64,000 nt of DNA, from the IMG/VR virus record IMGVR_UViG_3300042197_002404, positions 1,690-65,689 of that record; one strand, given 5' to 3'. Position numbers and translations under genes: made by a program. Below the pieces are notes generated by a model. The model did no database searches. It was not told the origin of the DNA and was given only the letters and a program-made list of their open reading frames with translations. Shown here piece by piece: positions 57,510 to 64,000 of this stretch. This stretch comes from a virus (Duplodnaviria; Caudoviricetes). Position 1 is the stretch's first letter, and the number at the start of each line of letters is the position of its first letter.

Positions 57510-58179
57510 CTGACCCAATATTGTGATGTACAAATTCTTTAATATAACGAACTAATAGTTTAATATAGTCCCCTTTGTTTCTTTTGTCAAACACTTTAAC
57601 TTCACCACCAGGAGTTACCATTAATGTAACTAACTTTTTAATAGGGATTTCAGTTAACTCATAGTATGCAGCAGCATAGAACATTTCTTGAACAAAATAG
57701 TTTTCAATCCATGCTTCTGGTTTAATCTTAGTTGAGGTTTTAAAGTCTATAACTGCAAGTTCTCCTTCATACTCTGCAATACAATCTACTCTTCCTGCTA
57801 GTCCAAGATACTCAGAATAAAGTGTTCTTTCGATTGCATGAATATTATTTATCTTGTCAAGTTCACATTTAACATGATGAAACATAAACTTTGTCAGAGG
57901 TTGATAATCATCCCAGTTGAGTTCTTTGTTTTCAAGGTAGTCTTGACAGACTTGGTGAAAATCTGTTCCTCTTGCAGTTGCTTGACGTGTAATACGATTT
58001 GCTTCTTCAAGTCCTACACGCTCTCTCCACTTTACAAAAATCTGACGATTATAGAATGAAGTAACTGAAGTAATAGAAGGCACCCATGCTCCATTTGGAA
58101 GATTGTAGAGACGGATGCCATTTTGTTCTTTCTTTTCTAGTTCAAGGTCACCTAAAAAATTATGATGAATAAAGTTCAT
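57499..58179 (-). CDS. PD-(D/E)XK exonuclease
   Basis: PSITSV...RGT.FH...AGRVDCI...IDFKTS...Q...YA. Confidence 0.85.
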   Translation of the reverse strand: MNFIHHNFLGDLELEKKEQNGIRLYNLPNGAWVPSITSVTSFYNRQIFVKWRERVGLEEANRITRQATARGTDFHQVCQDYLENKELNWDDYQPLTKFMFHHVKCELDKINNIHAIERTLYSEYLGLAGRVDCIAEYEGELAVIDFKTSTKIKPEAWIENYFVQEMFYAAAYYELTEIPIKKLVTLMVTPGGEVKVFDKRNKGDYIKLLVRYIKEFVHHNIGSDGE

Positions 58180-58931
58180 AAACCAATTTCCATTTTAGCA
58201 AGAATGTATTCTTTCACTAATCCAGAGCGAACAATATCATCAACTCCAAATTCAATAATATCAATCGAAGGCATAATACGAAGCACTTTCATGAAATCAA
58301 TAATTCCATTCTTTTCATTCGTCTTGATAAGATCAGATTGAGTGGCATCACCACAGAACATGATCTTACTATTTTCACCTACTCTAGTGATTATACTATC
58401 AAGTTCATGATAATTCAAGTTTTGAAACTCATCAACAATAATGATTGAGTTATCAAGAGTTGTTCCACGAATAAAAGATGTACTCCAAAAACTGATTGTT
58501 CCTTGAGTTTTGAGATTACCATAAAGCATTTCAAAGTCTGCTTCCGATGGCAACTCAAACATATACTTTACCATATTCTTATATGGAATCTGATAAAGCG
58601 AAGATTTGTCTTCGTGGTCTCCAGGAAGAAAACCAATCTCTCTCGTTGCTACAAGAGAACGTACAAGATAAATTTTTTCGTAAGGGGTTTTTTCATCAAG
58701 TACATCTCTTAAAGCATTATAGAGAGTGATGAATGTCTTACCTGTACCAGCACAACCATAAGCAACAAGGTTTTGATCTAACTTATAACAACGAAAAAGT
58801 TCCTCCTGATTTTTTGTCAGAGGCTCAATCTTTCTCATCAAGTCAGAGTTGAGTGGTTTTTTTCTTTTCATTTGTTTATTACTCATTCCAAATGGGACGG
58901 GTGACTTTGGAGCGTTTCTTTTTGCTGGCAT
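58176..58931 (-). CDS. phoH: PhoH-family ATPase
   Basis: GCAGTGKT, GFLPGD, FIRGTT, DEFQN, GD..Q.D, DIVRSGLV. Confidence 0.95.
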   Translation of the reverse strand: MPAKRNAPKSPVPFGMSNKQMKRKKPLNSDLMRKIEPLTKNQEELFRCYKLDQNLVAYGCAGTGKTFITLYNALRDVLDEKTPYEKIYLVRSLVATREIGFLPGDHEDKSSLYQIPYKNMVKYMFELPSEADFEMLYGNLKTQGTISFWSTSFIRGTTLDNSIIIVDEFQNLNYHELDSIITRVGENSKIMFCGDATQSDLIKTNEKNGIIDFMKVLRIMPSIDIIEFGVDDIVRSGLVKEYILAKMEIGL

Positions 58932-58937
58932 AACCTA

Positions 58938-59180
58938 TCAGAGTGGTTTGATTCTTGCGCCTGGGGCTTTTGATGCGGATTTAAGAACTTCGTTCCATCC
59001 AGGGTGTTTAGAGACTAACTTATTTTGCCAGTCTCCAACTTCCCCGGGTGTTGCACACCCCTCAGACCAATCTCTTCTCCATTCTGGATTTTCTTCATAC
59101 CATTTCTGAATATCATGAACACTCATTTCGATGACTTTCTTTTCGCCAGTATCTTTATGTACGATTGGATATATTGCCAT
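58938..59180 (-). CDS. Conserved hypothetical protein
   Basis: 80-aa ORF between thyX and phoH. Confidence 0.65.
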   Translation of the reverse strand: MAIYPIVHKDTGEKKVIEMSVHDIQKWYEENPEWRRDWSEGCATPGEVGDWQNKLVSKHPGWNEVLKSASKAPGARIKPL

Positions 59181-59206
59181 AGATTGTTAATAATTTGTAA
59201 AAATAT

Positions 59207-59923
59207 TTATTCAATAGTAATAGAAGGTGCATCTAAACATTCTTCACATCCCTCACGAGTCCAACCAAGTGCTTCAGATACCGCAGGAAACTGACAAGTA
59301 AAGATACAACGAACTAGTTCAGCAATCTCCATATGTTCTTTCTGTGTACCGTGAGCAGATCGCAAATCGATGTAATGAATCCAGGATCGCACAGAACCAG
59401 TCATATAGAGTCTTGTAGGCGTCGCCAAGGGCAATACAAACCTTGCACACTCTTTTGCCACACCTTTCTCCAGAAGACGGTTGTAGAGTCTCAGAGCACT
59501 CTCATAGTGAATACGAATATCTTCGAGCAAGGTTAGTTTCAAATAGTCGGGAATGTCATCGATACTGTTCTGACGATTTTTAGTATCTTGTCTGCGAAGT
59601 TCGGGAAGAGGAATCGTTTTACCAAGAAGAGTACTATCAGCATAACGCTGTGAAAATTCTTGATATGTGAAGGATCTATGACGTAAGATTTGAGCTGCAA
59701 TACCTCTTGTAGTATTGATCTCTACAGTCATGCTGGCCTGTTCGAAGATACTCCAGTGTTGATGCTGGATACAATACTTGAGCAGTCCAGAGAACTTTTC
59801 ATTCTCTTGATTAGCAGGATTACTTACCCTAGCACAGTAAGCCATATGCTTCTCTGCATCTGGAGTAACACTAATGAGTTTTACTTCTGGTTTCATAAAC
59901 TCAAACTCTGTTAGTTCATTCAT
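59207..59923 (-). CDS. thyX: Flavin-dependent thymidylate synthase
   Basis: HWSIFE, QILRHRSFTYQEFSQRY, KECARFVLP, TQKEH; exact start uncertain. Confidence 0.95.
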   Translation of the reverse strand: MNELTEFEFMKPEVKLISVTPDAEKHMAYCARVSNPANQENEKFSGLLKYCIQHQHWSIFEQASMTVEINTTRGIAAQILRHRSFTYQEFSQRYADSTLLGKTIPLPELRRQDTKNRQNSIDDIPDYLKLTLLEDIRIHYESALRLYNRLLEKGVAKECARFVLPLATPTRLYMTGSVRSWIHYIDLRSAHGTQKEHMEIAELVRCIFTCQFPAVSEALGWTREGCEECLDAPSITIE

Positions 59924-60083
59924 CATCGTCTTCATAAAATACTTCGTCGTAATCTGAAATGTAAGGTGCTACTTCTTCATAGCTTGTTTTATAAGAATCT
60001 ACATCAGAATAAATCTCTGACTTTAGACATTCTACTAAAGACTCAAGGTTTCTGACGATTAACTTAAGCTTCTCTTTATCCAT
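59916..60083 (-). CDS. Small acidic hypothetical protein (55 aa)
   Basis: Read manually: MDKEKLKLIVRNLESLVECLKSEIYSD... Confidence 0.65.
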   Translation of the reverse strand: MDKEKLKLIVRNLESLVECLKSEIYSDVDSYKTSYEEVAPYISDYDEVFYEDDDE

Positions 60084-60106
60084 TCATATGAATGCTGACA
60101 AAGCTA

Positions 60107-60144
60107 ATTATACCCAAAAAAAGAGGGGTCGTCAAGACCCCTCT
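60107..60144 (-). terminator. Terminator with embedded sigma70 promoter
   Basis: AGAGGGGTC-TTGAC-GACCCCTCT-T6; TTGACG-N17-TATAAT overlaps it. Confidence 0.75.
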
Positions 60145-60147
60145 GAA

Positions 60148-60246
60148 TCATTTTGCTGCTACTAGAGTAGCAAGAGATGCTTTACGACGCCTCTCTTCTT
60201 TTTGCTTCTGCTCTTTGATGAGTTGGAGAACATTAAGTTTTTTCAT
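60148..60246 (-). CDS. 32-aa basic peptide
   Basis: MKKLNVLQLIKEQKQKEERRRKASLATLVAAK; ATGA-coupled to the DUF4278 ORF, AAGGAGG Shine-Dalgarno. Confidence 0.6.
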   Translation of the reverse strand: MKKLNVLQLIKEQKQKEERRRKASLATLVAAK

Positions 60247-60380
60247 TTATGCCCCTCCTTAGTGTACTTAACTCCGCGATAAACTTCGTTGTACTGTTGG
60301 GGTTGTTGCTGTACCTGCTGCTGTGCCTGACGACGTGCTTCGGTGTCATACTCAACACCGCGATAAACTACTTTAGACAT
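60243..60380 (-). CDS. DUF4278-like Gln-rich peptide (45 aa)
   Basis: MSKVVYRGVEYDT...QAQQQVQQQPQQ...VYRGVKY; double YRGVxY; GGAGG Shine-Dalgarno. Confidence 0.8.
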   Translation of the reverse strand: MSKVVYRGVEYDTEARRQAQQQVQQQPQQYNEVYRGVKYTKEGHK

Positions 60381-60415
60381 TGGGGGTTCCTCCAAAGAAA
60401 TGAGATGGTTAGTCC

Positions 60416-60508
60416 CGTTCCTTCGGGCGGTTTGCGTTCGCTATTTGCGAATAGCGAATGAACGATCCGTTCCGCCGTCCTACTTGCGTCCAGTTACCTG
60501 GATGAACG
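60416..60508 (-). promoter_or_regulatory. Tandem glutamine riboswitch-like aptamers (glnA/downstream-peptide class)
   Basis: Two CGTTCA-[hairpin]-CGCA-N-GGAACG units (60468-60508 and 60416-60464) upstream of DUF4278. Confidence 0.75.
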
Positions 60509-60515
60509 TAAAGTC

Positions 60516-60566
60516 ATTATAGACCTCATGACGTATTTAGTCAAGAAGTTTTGTAAAATGTGATAC
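60516..60566 (-). promoter_or_regulatory. Sigma70 promoter with upstream NtcA-type box
   Basis: TTGACT-N17-TATAAT (60544-60516); GTA-N8-TAC at 60553-60566. Confidence 0.65.
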
Positions 60567-60570
60567 CGTT

Positions 60571-60921
60571 TTAATCTCGCTGCCGCCAGTCATCAGGTTT
60601 ATCTTTTGTCCACCAATCAACCATATCATCGATGTCATCAAATCCACGTTTGCCAAAACGTTCGTTGCCTATTCCACCGATGTCAAGTTGGTTTAAAAAA
60701 TCATCCATATCTCCCTCCATCATATTAGGATTTTCTGCGGTTCTTCTTGCTTGTCGCAGAATGGTTGCTGCCGCTCTATTTGCTTTAGCAAGTTTCTCTG
60801 CCCATATCATGTCTTCTAAACTTACTTCTTCATGTTTTGCAATTCGTTCGCAGATTGCTTCAAGACGCAAACGATATTGTGTAGAGAGCATATGCAATCT
60901 CCATATAGGGTTATTTAGCAT
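60571..60921 (-). CDS. Conserved hypothetical protein
   Basis: Likely start MLSTQYRLRL; ends DDWRQRD. Confidence 0.65.
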   Translation of the reverse strand: MLNNPIWRLHMLSTQYRLRLEAICERIAKHEEVSLEDMIWAEKLAKANRAAATILRQARRTAENPNMMEGDMDDFLNQLDIGGIGNERFGKRGFDDIDDMVDWWTKDKPDDWRQRD

Positions 60922-61247
60922 TACCTTTCAATATAACTCAAGGTATGATTTTGTGCGTAAAGTTGTTGGATGATAATGTCACATCCGATCTTAGGATTAC
61001 AATCGCCGCAAGTATAAACGTCTACTGCTGCCTTACCTTCTTCGGGCCAAGTGTGAATGCTGATATGACTTTCAGACAATAGGCAAATTACAGTAACTCC
61101 TTGTGGTTCAAATTTCTTTGAAATAGTTTGTACCACAGTAGCACCACTTGCAATTGCTGCATTTTCTAATAGATCTATAAGACAACGCTCGTCATCCAAA
61201 AGGACAAACGAGCATTCATACAAGTTAAGAAGATAATGCTTTCCCAT
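60921..61247 (-). CDS. speD: S-adenosylmethionine decarboxylase proenzyme
   Basis: GKH...F.PQGVT...LSESHISIHTWPE...DVYTCG. Confidence 0.9.
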   Translation of the reverse strand: MGKHYLLNLYECSFVLLDDERCLIDLLENAAIASGATVVQTISKKFEPQGVTVICLLSESHISIHTWPEEGKAAVDVYTCGDCNPKIGCDIIIQQLYAQNHTLSYIER

Positions 61248-61465
61248 TATTCAATTGCTTCGGGGTCTATCCCATATTCGTTTAGTAATTTATCTATCTT
61301 AGTTTCTTGTCCAGAAAGTTTTTCAATCTCAAATATTGATGATTTTTGATACTTTTTAAGTTTTTTATATTCTTTAATAAGTTTTTCAACTTCTCTGTTT
61401 TTAATATACAGTTTAAGTTCTTTATCTTTTGCTGGTTTAGCAAATCCTCTAAAACCTTCGCTCAT
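61247..61465 (-). CDS. Hypothetical protein
   Basis: 72-aa coupled ORF. Confidence 0.6.
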   Translation of the reverse strand: MSEGFRGFAKPAKDKELKLYIKNREVEKLIKEYKKLKKYQKSSIFEIEKLSGQETKIDKLLNEYGIDPEAIE

Positions 61466-61812
61466 CTCTTCTTTTTCTTTTCTGGTTGTTTATATCCCCA
61501 TAGTTTAGGGTTTGTTCTTCCATATCCAAAGTCTATCTTTTGAATAGCTCCTGGACCGTATTTATCATAGTACATATCAAATATACGAGATCTAGACCCT
61601 CTTACTAAATCAAGTTTTTTGGATCCTTCATTATTATACCAAATTAAGAAAGCGTCAGTTGGAAAAGAAGGATCTTTTACTTTATCTAATGTAGTGCCTT
61701 GAAGCAATACTTCACATCCATAACTACTAGGCAGAATATTTTTTTCTTCTTTTTCTTTTTCTGCCATACTTTTCTCCGTATCTACAGCAACTGTCACGAA
61801 CGACCTCCCCAC
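61462..61812 (-). CDS. Hypothetical protein
   Basis: Coupled ORF; start uncertain. Confidence 0.6.
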   Translation of the reverse strand: MGRSFVTVAVDTEKSMAEKEKEEKNILPSSYGCEVLLQGTTLDKVKDPSFPTDAFLIWYNNEGSKKLDLVRGSRSRIFDMYYDKYGPGAIQKIDFGYGRTNPKLWGYKQPEKKKKR

Positions 61813-62378
61813 TGAATGTCGGGATAAGCTTCTGCTACATTTTCTTTTGTGATTTTATACTTAGATGAAAGTTTTTTATCTTTTGTAAGAATTAATATTT
61901 CTGCATCTTTGGGATGAAGTCCTCGTAAAAGATTGATGAACATCATCTCTCTACGAATATTATTTAGATTTCGGTTACCACCTTTTACAAAATGGTAGAG
62001 ATTTTGATACTCTCTCCTAAGTGATGTTTTACCTCTACCATCAAGATCTTGTCCCGTAGCAGACTCTCCACCAGATGCTTCTTTTGCTAAGTTCTCAGAG
62101 AGAGTTCCTGAGTAAACAGTCTGATCATTTGCATCAGCATAAGGAACATCACCTTCTGGGAGGAGACTTATTACTGATTCATCAAAGTTCCAAATAAAAA
62201 TACTTTTAACAGAATCGTGTGCATAAGTTTTAAGAACCTCCACTTTTTTAGCATTACTTCTTTGCTTCGAAGCAAGCTCTAAAATTTCATATACAAAAGG
62301 ATTTGGGGGAAGAGTATCGATTGGTTTTTCAATCGTCGTCTTCTTCGTCTTCGTCGGTGTACTCATAATCGTTTTCAA
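61794..62378 (-). CDS. Conserved T4-like hypothetical protein
   Basis: LPEGDVPY...LYHFVKGG...RREMMFINLL..LHP.DAE.L...KDK. Confidence 0.7.
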   Translation of the reverse strand: MKTIMSTPTKTKKTTIEKPIDTLPPNPFVYEILELASKQRSNAKKVEVLKTYAHDSVKSIFIWNFDESVISLLPEGDVPYADANDQTVYSGTLSENLAKEASGGESATGQDLDGRGKTSLRREYQNLYHFVKGGNRNLNNIRREMMFINLLRGLHPKDAEILILTKDKKLSSKYKITKENVAEAYPDIQWGGRS

Positions 62379-62556
62379 ATCTCACAGCTAAAATTTCGTC
62401 GGGTATTATATTCCCATTTGAATCAAACATCTCTGGGTGAACGTAAACTGGTTGAGTTTGGTAGAAGTGTTCTTTTGCTAACCATCCTACTACTCCTCCT
62501 ACAAAAAAGAACATAATTGAGACCAGTGTTCCTATGGTTAGAGTTACTGCTAACAT
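62329..62556 (-). CDS. Small membrane protein
   Basis: N-terminal hydrophobic helix; HPEMFD.NG. Confidence 0.65.
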   Translation of the reverse strand: MLAVTLTIGTLVSIMFFFVGGVVGWLAKEHFYQTQPVYVHPEMFDSNGNIIPDEILAVRFENDYEYTDEDEEDDD

Positions 62557-62574
62557 TTGTCTTCTCCAGAGAAT

Positions 62575-62796
62575 TTACTTTTTTCTTATGTCAAAATGAA
62601 AGTCTATAAAGAAATGAAACTCTCTGCGGAAGAGAGAGATCATCTTACCAAACTTCACTTGAAAAGTTTTTGGTTTTTCTGATCTTCTCCTATTGCGTAG
62701 TAATAACTCAACACCCCGATTAATTTGGGGTTCATCATTATTTAGTTTCCTTTTTCCTTCGTCCTGGTCTTTTGTCATGACTATATTTCCATGCAT
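62575..62796 (-). CDS. Hypothetical protein
   Basis: Co-oriented ORF; start uncertain. Confidence 0.5.
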   Translation of the reverse strand: MHGNIVMTKDQDEGKRKLNNDEPQINRGVELLLRNRRRSEKPKTFQVKFGKMISLFRREFHFFIDFHFDIRKK

Positions 62797-63097
62797 CCTC
62801 TAAGATAGCATATAAGTAGTTTCTGATTTTTCTTGCCTGTGGTTTTGGAATGTGTCCATAACCTTCACGAAGTTGTTTGTGCATTTCATCAGAACCACCT
62901 TCAAGATAATCATCAAGATCCATTACAAGATTACTTAACTCACTTGCAGTTGCACTTTCAATAAACTCTTCAACTTCTATTCTTTTGGTTCCACGAACTT
63001 TTAGATAATCATAAAACTTTAAAACAAACTGTCCTTTAAAAGCATAATCAATCGCTTTTTCAACATCACCATAAACTTCGTGAAAGTTGCTATCCAT
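62738..63097 (-). CDS. Conserved hypothetical protein
   Basis: 119-aa ORF, LREGYGH.PKPQARKI. Confidence 0.65.
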   Translation of the reverse strand: MDSNFHEVYGDVEKAIDYAFKGQFVLKFYDYLKVRGTKRIEVEEFIESATASELSNLVMDLDDYLEGGSDEMHKQLREGYGHIPKPQARKIRNYLYAILEDAWKYSHDKRPGRRKKETK

Positions 63098-63333
63098 TAA
63101 ACCAAATTCTGCTCCTTCAGATATTGAACGGTATCAGTACATCCACCAATATGTTTTTCATCTACAATAACTTGGGGGAAAGTAGAACCTTGTCCAAATT
63201 CTGCATAGAATTCTTCACGACTAAAATCCACTCCAAGTTTGTAAACTACATGTTGCAGTTCTGCTAACTCTAGCACCTGTTGGACTTTTGTGCAATATGG
63301 GCAACCGTCTTTTGAATAAACTGTAAACTTCAT
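63097..63333 (-). CDS. Glutaredoxin (NrdC-like)
   Basis: CPYC, TFPQV, IGGC. Confidence 0.9.
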   Translation of the reverse strand: MKFTVYSKDGCPYCTKVQQVLELAELQHVVYKLGVDFSREEFYAEFGQGSTFPQVIVDEKHIGGCTDTVQYLKEQNLV

Positions 63334-63353
63334 GATTCTCACTAAACTGAAAG

Positions 63354-63638
63354 TTATTTAGCATTAACTGGAATTCCTTGTCCCTCAGGCAACCATACTT
63401 GTTGTTGAAAATCTACAGGAGGTAGTTCTTCTTTTGCAGCAGGTAGTCCTTGTTGACCCGGAAGTTGTTTGTCTGTTGTCGTTGTTACCGTAATGACTTG
63501 GTCCATAATGAACTTTTGCTTTCGATAAGTTCTTCTGTTCTTATCAAATCCAACTAACATTAAAGCATCTTTTTCTTCACCGCAGTGAGCAATCACTCTA
63601 CCTATGGTTTTATCTGTCACTACCCAATAATCATACAT
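63354..63638 (-). CDS. Hypothetical protein
   Basis: 94-aa ORF. Confidence 0.6.
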   Translation of the reverse strand: MYDYWVVTDKTIGRVIAHCGEEKDALMLVGFDKNRRTYRKQKFIMDQVITVTTTTDKQLPGQQGLPAAKEELPPVDFQQQVWLPEGQGIPVNAK

Positions 63639-63750
63639 TCTTTTTCTTCTGACTTTTTATATTATAAGTTTCTTTTGCCGGTCTGTAAAGACCTGGCCAA
63701 GTATCTCTAATAATCTCTGCGAGTTTATATGGCGTCTCTGTAGTAATCAT
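63631..63750 (-). CDS. Small hypothetical protein (39 aa)
   Basis: Read manually: MITTETPYKLAEIIRDTWPGLYRP...; overlaps neighbours at both ends. Confidence 0.5.
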   Translation of the reverse strand: MITTETPYKLAEIIRDTWPGLYRPAKETYNIKSQKKKNV

Positions 63751-64000
63751 CGATATTTTTCAAGTGAATAAATTCCATTTTTTTCCACAATTGCAGAGCA
63801 GGTATCCACAAAATCTCCACAACACATATAAGTAATCTTTTCAAAGTTACGAATATTTCCAGAATGAATGTGTCCACAAATAACTCCATCGTATTTTTTA
63901 TCTCTTTGGGCACAGTAAGAAGCAATATCAGTTTCGTATTGATTGATATAGTTCTTTCCCCTCACACTATTTTTTAAAGCATAAACCAAAGAAAATCGGA
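63747..64000 (-). CDS. LpxH-like metallophosphoesterase, C-terminal part (5' end outside window)
   Basis: DGVICGHIH...Y..CGDFV..CSAIVE. Confidence 0.7.
   Translation of the reverse strand, partial: RFSLVYALKNSVRGKNYINQYETDIASYCAQRDKKYDGVICGHIHSGNIRNFEKITYMCCGDFVDTCSAIVEKNGIYSLEKYR

Noticed and set aside
1-64000. CRISPR or other regularly spaced guide array
   Set aside because: No run of equally spaced short repeats seen; the antisense hairpin elements are dispersed single units.
1-64000. Stop-codon reassignment
   Set aside because: Core genes are intact under the standard code, and TAA, TAG and TGA all occur as terminators.

Overview
The window is a 64 kb segment of a T4-like cyanophage (cyanomyovirus) genome, mostly on the minus strand. 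Bases 1-31200 are a hypervariable tail-fibre/adhesin region. It is built from repeated cassettes (short fibre, ~120-aa cap, polyglycine-rich adhesin) and interrupted by sigma70-driven islands of 2OG-Fe(II) oxygenases and a GIY-YIG homing endonuclease. Bases 31200-34000 hold a Mom-like DNA-modification gene, a second GIY-YIG endonuclease and two structurally atypical tRNAs. Bases 34000-55300 hold baseplate/tail genes (split gp5, gp27-, gp51-, gp26-, gp54-, gp4-, gp2-, gp48- and gp53-like) with cp12 embedded. Bases 55300-64000 hold gp32, gp59, gp33, an exonuclease, phoH, thyX, an NtcA-box/tandem glutamine-riboswitch/DUF4278 module, speD and a glutaredoxin. Three observations stand out. (1) Each endonuclease is preceded by a small terminated hairpin whose loop is antisense to that endonuclease's own late leader, and an orphan third hairpin carries a different loop. 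(2) Fibre C-termini co-vary with the cap family that follows them, suggesting a docking code. (3) Near-identical DNA boxes flank the hypervariable segments of paralogous adhesins. All protein calls come from motif recognition and synteny; no database searches were run.
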